A program made the translations under genes and the position numbers. The notes under the pieces were generated by a model. That model did no database searches and was not told the DNA's origin. It worked only from the letters and a program-made list of their open reading frames with translations. From Candidatus Lustribacter sp. (lineage in GTDB: Bacteria > Vulcanimicrobiota > Vulcanimicrobiia > Vulcanimicrobiales > Vulcanimicrobiaceae), in contig OZ255842.1 in assembly GCA_965277805.1 (NCBI GenBank), forward strand, positions 1,824,001 through 1,888,000: 64,000 bases of DNA, written 5' to 3'. Positions within the stretch are counted from its first letter, which is position 1; the number at the start of each line of letters is the position of its first letter. This document shows positions 18,246-28,491 of this stretch, in pieces.

Positions 18246-20563
18246 GCGGTCGGCACCTCAAGCAGCGCTTGAACGGCGCGGGCATCGCCGACCGCGGAGA
18301 TCTCGGCGAGTTCGTCGCGCGCGGATAACGCAAACCGCACGTTGTTGGCATCCGCGTCGCGCCAGGCGGACAGATCTCCGACGATGTCGATATCGACCGT
18401 CAGCGTCTCTTCCATCGGCACGTTCGATGCCAACAGCAACTCACGCAGCACGCCGAGCACGTCGTGCACGCCGAGTTCGCCGTCGAGTCCGATCGCGATG
18501 CGCACGGGATCGTTCGCGCGGAATGCGGCCGCTAGTTCGACCACAAACGCTCGCGCCTGCGACCATTCCGCAACGTCGCGCAGCGGCAGCAGCACGCGCA
18601 CGCCGCGCGGCTGATCCACCGGCGCGCTCGCCGCTTCCGTGCGCAACGGCACGCGATCGGTGGCCGGATCGAAGCCGCGCGGAACCGACCAGCGGCGTTC
18701 GTAGGCCGCGCGCAAAAACGGCGCGTCGTCGAGCGCGCCGACGAGCGATACGGCGTCGGCGGGCGCAAACAGATGTGCGTAGGCATCCTCACAACAAGCG
18801 ACGAGAAAATTCGCCGCGCGCACGCGCCGGGTGAAGTCCTCAACGCCGAAGCGCGAAAAGCCGAACGTCTCGTCAAAACCGCCGACGAGCTCGAGCGCTT
18901 CACGGCTCACAACCATCACGGGCGATGTCGCGACTTCCAACAGCGTCGCCTCGCGCGCGAACGCCTCGGCCCGGCGCTCGTAGAGCGTCTGCATCTCGGC
19001 CACACTCCGGTAACCCAAATCCGGCAGCGACTCGGGCCGGTCGGCACCGCCCAGCCGCGGAACCGCAACGCCTAAGCGCGGTAAACGCCGGAACGCATCC
19101 ATCAGCCGCGCCAGCACGCCGTGCGGAAGCTGTGCGTCATCGCGCACGATCGCGACCCCGCCGGCGGTCGTGCTGCCGAGCGCGCGGTTCAAACCCGCCG
19201 CAAGCTGGACGTCGAAATCGTCGGGCACGAGACGCACCCACGGGTGCACTTTGAACTGGCGCTCGGTCGTCGCCGCTCCGGCGGCGTAGACGGCAAAGGT
19301 CGCGCCGTCATAGGTTTCGCCGAGCAAGGCGCGCAGGGTTTGCTCGGTCGCGGCGGGTTTCGACGCGGCCACGAACACGACGTCCAACTGCTGTAAGGTT
19401 CGCACCGGCGGCAGCACCGCCGGTACGATCTCGCCTGCCGCGCCCGCGGCAAACAAGCGCCGCTCGGGCAAACGTTCGATTGCATTTTGGACGACATCCC
19501 ACGCGCCGGCGCCGGCGGCCGAACCGGCGTCCACGATGCGCCCGGCGTGAAAGAGTACCGCGCCGTACGGCGCCGCGGTCCCTTGTAACGCGACCCCGAA
19601 ACGCGCACTTCGCTCGAGCCGTTCAGCCAACGTTTCCACATCGAACCGGCTGGGCAACGCGTTGGCATCGGCAACCAGCACGTACCGGTCGCCGGTACGG
19701 GCAAGAACGCTGCGCACGGCATCGCCGTCGCCCGGTCCGCACACCGTACTGTTCCCGTTGACGGCTAGCAGCGCGCCTTCACGGCGCGCGCGATTGCGGC
19801 CGAGTTCGTCGCCCGCCACGATCAGCGCGTCGATCGGCGGATACGGCGTGCGCGCATAACCGCGAATGTTCCCCATGACGCGCACTTCGCGCATGACGAA
19901 GGCCGAACGCAAGCGCGCCGGATCGCGATGCAGCGTTTCGGATTCCCAAGCGGCGAGGCCGGCAAAACGGCGCAGGTTTCCTAAGGCTCGACGGAGTTGC
20001 GCGGAATCCTCGTCCGCTTCGAACGAGAGCGAGGGTTCGCAGAGCACGTCACGTCCGGCGCGCCGGGCATGAACGGCGAGATCAAGATGCAGCGTCACCG
20101 GATCCAGCGCAATGCCCTCGAGCGAGCGCACGAATTCGGCCGAGACAAAGTAGGCGCCGCGCTGCGGAACGTCGACCGGACCGCGGACGGCTTCGGCGAA
20201 TTGGCGGTCGGCCCGGGCGGCGATCAGCGAAACGAGATCGAAGGGATTGGGGCCCGAGCGCGATGGTGCGAGCATCGCGCCGAAACGTTGGCCGGCGCCC
20301 ACGAAGGCGCGGCCGCCGACGATCGCGGGGCCGGCTGCCATAACTCGAGCGAGCGCGCCGAATGCCTCGGGAGCGAACTTGACGTCGGCGTCGACGATCG
20401 CGATCCAATCCGTCGCGGCGCCGGCGGCGAGTTGCTGCAGACGCTCGGATCGCGTAGCGATCGGGGCTTCCTCGATCGTTGCCGGCAGGCGTTCGAGCGC
20501 GCGCACGAGCGTTTCGCGCACCACGAGATCGGATGGCGGCAATGTGAGAACGACCGTACGCAC
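18242..20563 (-). CDS. Multidomain GT2-like protein with repeated degenerate GT-A domains
   Basis: WIAIVDAD, LAAGLNRAL, VGGFDETFG, EDFTRRV, AYAH. Confidence 0.7.
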   Translation of the reverse strand: MRTVVLTLPPSDLVVRETLVRALERLPATIEEAPIATRSERLQQLAAGAATDWIAIVDADVKFAPEAFGALARVMAAGPAIVGGRAFVGAGQRFGAMLAPSRSGPNPFDLVSLIAARADRQFAEAVRGPVDVPQRGAYFVSAEFVRSLEGIALDPVTLHLDLAVHARRAGRDVLCEPSLSFEADEDSAQLRRALGNLRRFAGLAAWESETLHRDPARLRSAFVMREVRVMGNIRGYARTPYPPIDALIVAGDELGRNRARREGALLAVNGNSTVCGPGDGDAVRSVLARTGDRYVLVADANALPSRFDVETLAERLERSARFGVALQGTAAPYGAVLFHAGRIVDAGSAAGAGAWDVVQNAIERLPERRLFAAGAAGEIVPAVLPPVRTLQQLDVVFVAASKPAATEQTLRALLGETYDGATFAVYAAGAATTERQFKVHPWVRLVPDDFDVQLAAGLNRALGSTTAGGVAIVRDDAQLPHGVLARLMDAFRRLPRLGVAVPRLGGADRPESLPDLGYRSVAEMQTLYERRAEAFAREATLLEVATSPVMVVSREALELVGGFDETFGFSRFGVEDFTRRVRAANFLVACCEDAYAHLFAPADAVSLVGALDDAPFLRAAYERRWSVPRGFDPATDRVPLRTEAASAPVDQPRGVRVLLPLRDVAEWSQARAFVVELAAAFRANDPVRIAIGLDGELGVHDVLGVLRELLLASNVPMEETLTVDIDIVGDLSAWRDADANNVRFALSARDELAEISAVGDARAVQALLEVPTA

Positions 20564-20567
20564 GGCC

Positions 20568-22631
20568 TTACGCTAGACTTGCAGCAGCAACTCGGCCCGC
20601 ACCGGCGATGTCTCCGTCCTGCAACAGCATGCCGGCGAGTTCGAGCGCGACCCGGGCGTCGGTGCCGACGCGCGCTTCGAGCAGTTCCCGCGCTTGCGGC
20701 CGCGCGCCGCCCTCGGTCAACATCTGCGCGCTTCCGAGCAGAGCTTCCACGTCGTCCGAACGCACGTCGACGAAACGCTCGAGCGCCCGCAATGCAGCCG
20801 CCGCATCACCGTTCTTGAGTGAGATGGCAGCGCGCAAACGCAACGCTTCGGCGTACACGTCGGGTGCCGAGGATTCGACCCGCGAAAAGTCTTGCACGGC
20901 GCGCGCTTCGTCGCCCAGGTTCAATGACGCGATCGCAGAGTTGAAGCGCAGTTCGGCGTTCTTGGGCTCGATTTGAAGTCCGGCTTCGGCGGCGGTGCGC
21001 GCTTCTTCGTTCCGTTTGAGGGCGAGCAATCGCGCCGAGCGGCGGGTGTAGTCTTCCGCCCGCACGCACGGGGCCCGCAGTTCTTCGGTGTGTAATTTGA
21101 GGAGGCCCGAAATGTCGCCGCGCTCGGTGAGAACGCGTTCCGCGAGCGAAATTGCAAAACCGTTGCCCGGCGATAACTTGAGCGCCGACTCGAGATACGG
21201 CATCGGGTCGCCGCGGTTGGAATCGATGAGGGCCCGCGCAGCCGCGACATTGAGGCGCGCGACGAGCGCGGGATTGACGGTCGACGTATCGACCAAATGC
21301 TCGATCAGCTCGATCGCTTCGGGGAAGCGGCTGCGTCGCAGCAGGAAGTTGACGTGTTCGAGAAATCCGCGCTGGGTATCGGCTTCGGCGAGTTGCCGGA
21401 AGGCAACCTCGGCTTCGTAAAAATTGCCCATGCGCTCGAGCAATACCGCGCGCGCATGCAACAGCGGATACGCCTGCGGCTTGTTGGACAAAGCCAGGTT
21501 GATGTTTTCGAGTGCCTTGTCGAACCGCTGCTCGCGCTCGTACGACCCCGCGGTCGCGTAGTAGATCTTCCACTCGAAAATCTCTTCGTCGGTCATGACG
21601 CTGTAGGCCATGCGCTCGCGCAGGTCCATGGCTTGCTCGAACAGTTCGCGCGCTTCTTCGAGACGATCGAGCTTGATCAGAACCTGGCCCTTGACGAAGA
21701 TCAAGCCGGCATCGTTGGGGAATTTCTCGATGCCCTTGTCGGCGATCTCGAGCGCTTTCTCGTTTTCGCCCTTGGACTCGCAATAGGCCTGACACAGCAT
21801 CAGGTAGGCAAGCGGGAAATACAGCTTCGCTTCCTTCGCGGTCGCGAGCATCCGCTCGAGCACTTCGATGCCGAGATCGATGTCGCCCGAACAGATCGCC
21901 GAGTTGCCGAAGTTGAAGAGCGAAAACGAGTCGTCGCCGTTCTCTTCGTAGGCGCGCGACACGAGCGGCTGGTTGCGGCTGTCCTTGTCGCGCCCGATGA
22001 GCATCTCGTGCGTGTAACCCTTGTGCAGGATCGTGATCGGCGACAGAACGGCCGAGGTCGGTTCGCCGTCGTGGGAGCCGATCGTCTCGTGGATCACGCC
22101 CTTATAGCGCAGACCCTGACCGGTCGGGAAGATGCGAATCAGACGATGCGACATCGTGCCCATGCCCGCAGCATCGCTGATCAGGTTGACGATGTTGATG
22201 TACACCGAGGTGTCGGTCGCCGGCGTCGTGCGCAACGAGTTCACAAGGTTGCGGGATTCGCGTTCGAGTTCTTCATCCGCGTCGAGGATCAGCGTCCAGC
22301 GGCGCGTAGCCATCTGGATCGCTTCGTTGCGGGCCCAAGCGAAATCGTTGCGCCACTCGCGGAAATCCACGTTCGCGCCGTAGGAGCGCGCGATCTCAAC
22401 GGTGCGGTCGGTCGAGCCCGTGTCGATGATGTTGATCTCGTCGACCACGCCTTTGACGCTCTCCAGGCATTCCGCTAGGAAGCGCTCTTCGTTCTTGACG
22501 ATCATGCACAGGCTGATGCCTTCGGGCAACTGCTGGTCGTCCGGGCCCGGAGCCGGCAAGTTGAACAATAAGCCCGTTTGTAAGAGCGCGAAGACCGAAT
22601 GTTCGTGCGCGTCGTTGATATGGATAGGCAT
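20568..22631 (-). CDS. GT2 + TPR glycosyltransferase, probable flagellin glycosyltransferase
   Basis: ISLCMIVKNEE, DTGSTD, WRNDFAWARN, LDADE, IHE, HKGY, then TPR repeats; directly downstream of flagellin. Confidence 0.92.
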   Translation of the reverse strand: MPIHINDAHEHSVFALLQTGLLFNLPAPGPDDQQLPEGISLCMIVKNEERFLAECLESVKGVVDEINIIDTGSTDRTVEIARSYGANVDFREWRNDFAWARNEAIQMATRRWTLILDADEELERESRNLVNSLRTTPATDTSVYINIVNLISDAAGMGTMSHRLIRIFPTGQGLRYKGVIHETIGSHDGEPTSAVLSPITILHKGYTHEMLIGRDKDSRNQPLVSRAYEENGDDSFSLFNFGNSAICSGDIDLGIEVLERMLATAKEAKLYFPLAYLMLCQAYCESKGENEKALEIADKGIEKFPNDAGLIFVKGQVLIKLDRLEEARELFEQAMDLRERMAYSVMTDEEIFEWKIYYATAGSYEREQRFDKALENINLALSNKPQAYPLLHARAVLLERMGNFYEAEVAFRQLAEADTQRGFLEHVNFLLRRSRFPEAIELIEHLVDTSTVNPALVARLNVAAARALIDSNRGDPMPYLESALKLSPGNGFAISLAERVLTERGDISGLLKLHTEELRAPCVRAEDYTRRSARLLALKRNEEARTAAEAGLQIEPKNAELRFNSAIASLNLGDEARAVQDFSRVESSAPDVYAEALRLRAAISLKNGDAAAALRALERFVDVRSDDVEALLGSAQMLTEGGARPQARELLEARVGTDARVALELAGMLLQDGDIAGAGRVAAASLA

Positions 22632-22651
22632 GCGGAACCCCTTTTAGTTCG

Positions 22652-22678
22652 TTTTCGGCCGAAACGCGTTTGACCTTA
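22652..22678 (-). promoter_or_regulatory. sigma28 promoter for the three-GT operon
   Basis: TAAG-N15-GCCGAAAA. Confidence 0.8.
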
Positions 22679-22701
22679 GACGCCTGCTTACGCTGAGGGC
22701 A

Positions 22702-22734
22702 ACACAAAAGGGGGCCCGCCGAAGCGGACCCCCC
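22702..22734 (-). terminator. Intrinsic terminator of the flagellin gene
   Basis: Minus strand GGGGGTCCGC-TTCG-GCGGGCCCCC followed by TTTTGTGTT. Confidence 0.9.
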
Positions 22735-22756
22735 GTTGCCAGCGCTAGTGCGTTGG

Positions 22757-24013
22757 TTAGCGGAACAGGCCGAGGACCGTCTGCGCGTTGGTGTTCGATT
22801 GCGCGAGCACCGTCGTACCGATTTGGACCAGGATCTGCAGCTTGTTGTAATCGGCAGTCGCTTGGCCGACGTTGAGGTCCGTAATGTCGGACGCCGACGC
22901 CGTCAGGTTGACCGACGCGATGTTGTTGTTGTTTTCCGCGTTCTGCAGACGGCTGATGACGGCACCGAGAGCGGCGCGTGCACCGTTGACCTGCGTGATC
23001 GCTTGGTCGATCTGACCAATAGCGTCTTGTGCACCAAGAACGGCACCGGCCGTGCTCGGGTTGCCGTTGACGAGTTGCACGGTCGCAACGTTGACGTTGG
23101 ACACGCGCAGCGACGACGAGCTGACCGACACGAGGCCGACCTGGATCGTCGCGCCTTCATCAGCGCCGCCTTGGAATTGGAACGCCGGGCCGTTCGGGTT
23201 CGAGTTGACCGAGATGTACTGCGTGACTTTGACGAACGAGGTCGTGCCGACGTCAACCGTTGCTGCCAACGAGTTGAAGTTGACGGTGACGCCGTCGATC
23301 GCGAACGAGAATTTGCCCGCGCCGAGGGTGATCGTCGCAGCTTGCGAGTACGAGGCCGTGGCCGACGAGAAGAAGCTGACGACGATACCCTGCTGGGTCG
23401 CGTTGAGCTGTGCGACTTGCAGCTGGATCGTGCCGTCAACGATCTTGTTCGAGGTTGCCGAGATCGAGACGCTGGTGATGAGCGCCGAGGTCTGCAGCGT
23501 GGCGTTGTACGCACCGATTTGCGTGTTCGCCGTGATGACGGCGGCCGCGTTGGTGGCCGGCTGGAAGCCGGCGTGCGTGCCGTCGAGCAGTGCTTGACCG
23601 TTGAAGTTCGTGTTCGAAGAAATCTGGTTGATTTCTTGGATCAGCGACGTGACTTCGTCTTGCAGAGCTGAACGGTCGGTCGGTGACGTGATGGTGTTTG
23701 CCGCTTCGATTGCCAGCGAGCGAACGCGCTGAAGAATCGTCGTGACAGTCGAGAGCGCGCCGTCCGCGACGTTCGCCGCGTTCGTCGCATCCTGGACGTT
23801 CAGGTTCGCCGTGTCGAAACCGGCGGCTTGGTTCTGCAGGTTGACCGCGATGGCCAGACCTGACGGATCGTCGGCGGCGGTGTTGACGCGCAGACCCGAC
23901 GAGAGTTGGTTGACGAGCTTACCGAGTTGCCCTTGGTTCCGGTTAAGGTTGAGCAGCGCTTGGTTCGCAAGTTGGTTCGTGGCAACTGAAATGCCACCAA
24001 CGGTATTAGGCAT
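22757..24013 (-). CDS. fliC: Flagellin
   Basis: LSSGLRVNTAADDPSGLAIA, LQRVRSLA, NTNFNG..LLDG, RAALGA..RL, LAQSN. Confidence 0.97.
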   Translation of the reverse strand: MPNTVGGISVATNQLANQALLNLNRNQGQLGKLVNQLSSGLRVNTAADDPSGLAIAVNLQNQAAGFDTANLNVQDATNAANVADGALSTVTTILQRVRSLAIEAANTITSPTDRSALQDEVTSLIQEINQISSNTNFNGQALLDGTHAGFQPATNAAAVITANTQIGAYNATLQTSALITSVSISATSNKIVDGTIQLQVAQLNATQQGIVVSFFSSATASYSQAATITLGAGKFSFAIDGVTVNFNSLAATVDVGTTSFVKVTQYISVNSNPNGPAFQFQGGADEGATIQVGLVSVSSSSLRVSNVNVATVQLVNGNPSTAGAVLGAQDAIGQIDQAITQVNGARAALGAVISRLQNAENNNNIASVNLTASASDITDLNVGQATADYNKLQILVQIGTTVLAQSNTNAQTVLGLFR

Positions 24014-24070
24014 GAAAATCCTCCATGATCACACGCGTGTGAGTATGCGGTGCCTTCCTGACTCCGCTAA

Positions 24071-24331
24071 TTAACGTTTCGGCGCTTGGCGGCCAGACTT
24101 TAGGCGGGCGGGCGAGGCGGCGGCTGCCGGCTGCGGGTCCGGCAGGGTCCCGGGGACGGCGGCCCGGTTGGCGCGCTGAATCTCCTGATAGACCTCGGTG
24201 CGGTGCACCGGAACCTCGCGGGGGGCCTGGATTCCCAGCTTGACGGTGTCGCGATCGATCGATACCACGACGATATGAACGTCGTCCCCGATCTCGATCG
24301 ACTGATTGAGCTTCCGGCTGAGGACCAGCAT
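24071..24331 (-). CDS. csrA: Carbon storage regulator CsrA
   Basis: [36 protein letters not shown]. Confidence 0.95.
   Translation of the reverse strand: MLVLSRKLNQSIEIGDDVHIVVVSIDRDTVKLGIQAPREVPVHRTEVYQEIQRANRAAVPGTLPDPQPAAAASPARLKSGRQAPKR
24076..24102 (-). promoter_or_regulatory. sigma28 promoter of flagellin (inside the csrA 3' end)
   Basis: TAAA-N15-GCCGAAAC; the following leader holds CGGAG, CAGGAA and TGGAGGA. Confidence 0.88.
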
Positions 24332-24374
24332 GACCGTGCCTTCCGTGGCGTTGGATGAGGCTCCGGGTCTTCGG

Positions 24375-24902
24375 CTATTCCGGAACGGCCTCCGCTTGCG
24401 CCCGGCCCTCGGCGAGCGCCCGGGCATCGGCTTCCGCCTTCGCGACGGCCTCGGGGATCGGAATCTTCATCGCCACCGTGTAGCGAGTGCCCTCGAGCGG
24501 CACTTGGCGGGCCAGCCGGATCTTCAAGTTCACGACGATCGGGGCCATGAGGTTCATGAACGTCGGACCGCCGTCGGTACCGACCATGACGGCCAAAATC
24601 GTGAAGTCTTCGGGGTTTTCGAGTTGCAGCGAGAGCTTGGCGTAGCCCGGGATCTTGGGATCGTAGTCCGGGAAAAACACCCACGGGTCGCCGAGCGGGA
24701 TGGCGATGTTCTGGTCGTCGAGGCTCTGCAGCCAGAAGATCTGATCCTGCGTTTCGAGCTGCAGCACGACGAAATTGCGGAGTTCGTCGAAGCCCGGGAG
24801 TCCCCAAGGGAATACGAAGACATCCGCCTCTTTGAACGTGCACGGCCCAAAGCGCGGGAAGTCGATCGTCTTGACGGCGCTTTCGGCCGGCGCATTCACC
24901 AT
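24375..24902 (-). CDS. fliW: Flagellar assembly factor FliW
   Basis: [35 protein letters not shown]. Confidence 0.95.
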   Translation of the reverse strand: MVNAPAESAVKTIDFPRFGPCTFKEADVFVFPWGLPGFDELRNFVVLQLETQDQIFWLQSLDDQNIAIPLGDPWVFFPDYDPKIPGYAKLSLQLENPEDFTILAVMVGTDGGPTFMNLMAPIVVNLKIRLARQVPLEGTRYTVAMKIPIPEAVAKAEADARALAEGRAQAEAVPE

Positions 24903-24918
24903 TGGACTCCTTCAGTAC

Positions 24919-26322
24919 CTAGAGATAGTCGATCAGCGTCTTGCCTTCGAGTCGCGTCGTGGTCGCGTACGCCCCTTGGAGGGCCGTCTGAACCAGCGTG
25001 AACTGCGACGTGGCCTGAGCGACGTTCGTGTCCTGGATCGTGGACTGTGTAGTTACATTATCGTTCGAAAGGACCTGAAGTTGAGACGAGGTGCCGGCCA
25101 GGTTCTGGATCTGTTGTCCGATTTGGGCCCGTGCGGAGAGCACCTGGTTGATCACGGCGTCGATATCGCCGATCTGTGTCGACAGGTTGCTCGTAACGCT
25201 AACCTGGTTCGGAATCTGGAACGCTTCGAGGAACGTCGAGGTGGTCGTGCCCGCGGTCGTGACCGGGGGATTCGAGGCGCCCGTGACGGGGCTCGGCACG
25301 TCGGAAACGAGGAACGGCGGGCTTCCGTTTGCGACGCTCGTGAGCTGCAGCCGCTGCGAGGCGACGTTCCACGTCGCGGTAACGCCGGTGGTGCCCGTTT
25401 GCGCGTTGATCATACCGACCACGCTGTTCAATGAATGCGCTGTGTCGTCGACCACATTATTGGCACCGAACGTGAATACGGTCGACGTGACGGCCCCGGT
25501 GGTCGTGTCGGTACCGTCGATCTCGATCGAATAGCTCGGCGGGACGGAGTTATCGGCCTTCAGCGGCACGGTGGTCATCGGGGCGGGCGGACCGGCGATT
25601 TGACCGAGCGTCGTTTGCGGCGCGGCGTCGCCGGCACCGGTAATCGTCTTGTTGCTGACGGTGATCGGCTGCTGGCTCTGAATCGACGCCGGTTCGTTAT
25701 CCATCGTGCTCTGCAGCGTCGCCAGCAGCGTGAAGACGCTGGGCGTACCGTTGGTCGAACCTTGGTTGAACGCCGCCTGCATCGTCGTTCCGACCTGAAC
25801 TTGCTGGCCGTTGATCAGCTCGGTGCGGGCTTGATTGTTGCCGGTGAACGCGACGCTGTTCGGCGGCGAACCGAGCGGCGTGATCGGCGGCGTGTTTGCG
25901 CTGCCCGTTCCCGCGAAGATGTACGTGTTGCCGTATTTCTGATTGGCCAGGCCCAAGGCTTGATTGAGCAGGCCCGAAATCTGCTTGCCGATCAGCGGCC
26001 GCTGCGCGCCGTTGGGGATGATGTCGGTGGCGCCTTCCACCGCGAGCGAACGCGCGGTTTGCAAGAGGCTGGTCAACGACGAGAGCGTGGAGTCGGTGAA
26101 CGTCAGTTCGTTCTGCGCCGCGACGGCGTTGGAGGCATCGCCGTTTTCCTGGTTGATCGTATTCGTCAGCGTGAGGTCTTGGGAAATCTGCGCCGGGTCG
26201 TCGCTCGGAACGTTCAGCGACTTGCCGGTCGAGAGATCCTGTCCGATCGACTGGTACTGCGCCGAAAGGCTGTCGATCGACGCCGTCTGATCGCTGTAGA
26301 TCGTGCTGGTAGCGATACGCAT
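24919..26322 (-). CDS. flgL: Hook-associated protein 3 FlgL
   Basis: MRIAT, LSTGK..PSDDP, YIFAG, RAQIG, TLIDYL. Confidence 0.93.
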   Translation of the reverse strand: MRIATSTIYSDQTASIDSLSAQYQSIGQDLSTGKSLNVPSDDPAQISQDLTLTNTINQENGDASNAVAAQNELTFTDSTLSSLTSLLQTARSLAVEGATDIIPNGAQRPLIGKQISGLLNQALGLANQKYGNTYIFAGTGSANTPPITPLGSPPNSVAFTGNNQARTELINGQQVQVGTTMQAAFNQGSTNGTPSVFTLLATLQSTMDNEPASIQSQQPITVSNKTITGAGDAAPQTTLGQIAGPPAPMTTVPLKADNSVPPSYSIEIDGTDTTTGAVTSTVFTFGANNVVDDTAHSLNSVVGMINAQTGTTGVTATWNVASQRLQLTSVANGSPPFLVSDVPSPVTGASNPPVTTAGTTTSTFLEAFQIPNQVSVTSNLSTQIGDIDAVINQVLSARAQIGQQIQNLAGTSSQLQVLSNDNVTTQSTIQDTNVAQATSQFTLVQTALQGAYATTTRLEGKTLIDYL

Positions 26323-26340
26323 TAGTGTGTTGCCTCCATG

Positions 26341-28491
26341 CTAGAATGTAGTCCCCGTGCCGAGATTGATCGCGTCTTCAAGCATCGAGCTCAGCACCGA
26401 GATGACGTGAGCCGCAGCGCCGTAGGCGTTTTGGAACTTCACCAGGTTTTGCGTTTCCTCGTCGACGTTGATGCCGTCGGTCGATTGCCGCACCGCGTTG
26501 ATGCTCGAAGACAGGCTCGTTTGCGTCGTGACGCCGGTGTTCGCAGTGGCCGAGTCGTGGCCCATCTGCGCGACGAGATTCGCATAGGACTGCTGCAACG
26601 GCGCCTGCTGCGCCGACGTGATCGAGTAGCCGGCAACGAGGTGCGCGTTCTTCGCGACGAACGAGATCGTGCCGGTGATGCGGTTGACGGCGGTGACGGT
26701 CACGTTTTCCTGCGCTGCCGTTCCGGCGTCGATCGTCAGCACGTCGCCGACGTTGAGTTGAGCGAACGCAGTCGGGCTGGCGGCGGGGGGATTGATCGTG
26801 ACGAGGCCCGGAGCCGCGATCACCGTCGGTGACGTGGTTTGGATCGCGGGCACGCCGTACGAGTTGGTGAACAGATTGAGCATCGACGTGACGAGGCCGC
26901 CGTTGGTGACGCCGATCGCGTTGGTCGCGTTCTGGTTGACGCCGTTGATGCCGTCGGCGCCGAGCGCGTCGAGCAAACCGGTCGCGGGCGTTCCCGGTAT
27001 CGGCTGCACGGCAGCTGAGGTAGCGTCCGTGAGCGTGAAGTCGGGCGTCGTCGTGCCGCCGGCAGCGGCCATCGCCGCGCGGTGCACGAGGTCGATGTTG
27101 TTCGGATCGCGCGTGAACACGATCGTCTGCGCCGTCGCGCTGTACGACGCGGTGACGCCGAAGTGACCGGCGTTGAACGAGTTGATGAAATCGTCGACCG
27201 AATCGCTGTTGCCGCCGGCAGCGGTGTTATAGGCGAAGTTCTGCGTGATGCCGTCGACCTTGATCGTCAGCGTTCCCGTGACGCCGCCGGCGGGCGGCGG
27301 ATTCGTAAGCGTTTGGTTGCCGTCCAGCTGCGCCGTCGTGTCGACCGTCGTGTTGCCGATGTTCAGAGGCTTCACGAGCGTTCCGGCGGCGGTCGTCGCG
27401 GCGGCGGTCGGCACTTCCGACGGCGTCAGGATGCCGACCTGGATGTTGCCCGCGCTGATCGGCAATTGCGAAACGACGGGCGAGAACAATTGCGCGCCGG
27501 CCGTACCGGTGGAGTCATACCCGGCCTGCGAAATGCGATCGGACTCGGTCGCGAGCGCGTTGGCGAAGTCGTTGAGCTGGTTCGAGTACGGGATCAGCTT
27601 GTTGTTGTACGTATCGAGCAGGCCGCCGAGCTGGCCGCCGGTGATGTTGATCGCGGGCGGGGTGACCGGAGTGGGCGGCGTGACGAAGTCCACTTGCAGT
27701 GCCGGCGTGCCGTTGGCATTGGTGCCGACGATCGGACTGGCCAAGTGGTAGGCTTCGGTATCGTTGACCAGCGCTTGTCCGTCGACCGTGACCAACGTCG
27801 AGCCGTCGGCTTGGACCGACGTGTTCGTCGGCAGATACGTGGATAGCGTATCGATCAGCTGATCGCGCTGATCTTTATACGTGTTCGGATTGTCACCCAC
27901 GGCGGTGGCCGCGCGAATCTGGCCGTTCAACGCGGCGATCTGGTCGATCGTCGAGTTGATCGTCGTAATCAGCGTCGTGGCTTGCGTTTGGGTCTGCGTT
28001 TCCGAACTCTGCAGCGCGGCGTTGGCGCTCGAGAGCGCCGTGACGAGCCCGTTGGCCGAGGTCAACACGCCCTGTTCTTCAGCCGTGCCCTGCGGATTGT
28101 TGGCCAGCGTTTGGATCGAGGTTTGAAAGGCTGAGAACGCCGTGTTGATGCCGTTGGCGGGCTCGCCGAAGCTCGACTGCAGCGAGCTCAGAATGCCGGC
28201 TTCGGAGGTATAGAAATTCTGCGACGAGGACGCACCGCGGAAGAGCGCATCGTACGAATCTTGGTGCACGCGCTGGATCGACGTGATGAGAACGCCGGTG
28301 CCCTGGGTGCCGGGCTCGAGCCCGACCGGGTACCCGGGAGCACCGTCGATCGGCGGGAGCTGCCCGATGTTCACGATCTGCCGTGACGCGCCGGGCGTTT
28401 GCACGTTCGCAATGTTTTGCGCGGTTACGTTTTCAGCTTCCTGAAACGTATCGAGCGCCGACCCTGCGATGTTCAGTCCTAAAAAGCTCAT
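26341..28491 (-). CDS. flgK: Hook-associated protein 1 FlgK
   Basis: NIANVQTPGASRQ, GTGV, DQRDQL, GGQLGG, GINVDEE..L..FQNAY. Confidence 0.95.
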   Translation of the reverse strand: MSFLGLNIAGSALDTFQEAENVTAQNIANVQTPGASRQIVNIGQLPPIDGAPGYPVGLEPGTQGTGVLITSIQRVHQDSYDALFRGASSSQNFYTSEAGILSSLQSSFGEPANGINTAFSAFQTSIQTLANNPQGTAEEQGVLTSANGLVTALSSANAALQSSETQTQTQATTLITTINSTIDQIAALNGQIRAATAVGDNPNTYKDQRDQLIDTLSTYLPTNTSVQADGSTLVTVDGQALVNDTEAYHLASPIVGTNANGTPALQVDFVTPPTPVTPPAINITGGQLGGLLDTYNNKLIPYSNQLNDFANALATESDRISQAGYDSTGTAGAQLFSPVVSQLPISAGNIQVGILTPSEVPTAAATTAAGTLVKPLNIGNTTVDTTAQLDGNQTLTNPPPAGGVTGTLTIKVDGITQNFAYNTAAGGNSDSVDDFINSFNAGHFGVTASYSATAQTIVFTRDPNNIDLVHRAAMAAAGGTTTPDFTLTDATSAAVQPIPGTPATGLLDALGADGINGVNQNATNAIGVTNGGLVTSMLNLFTNSYGVPAIQTTSPTVIAAPGLVTINPPAASPTAFAQLNVGDVLTIDAGTAAQENVTVTAVNRITGTISFVAKNAHLVAGYSITSAQQAPLQQSYANLVAQMGHDSATANTGVTTQTSLSSSINAVRQSTDGINVDEETQNLVKFQNAYGAAAHVISVLSSMLEDAINLGTGTTF

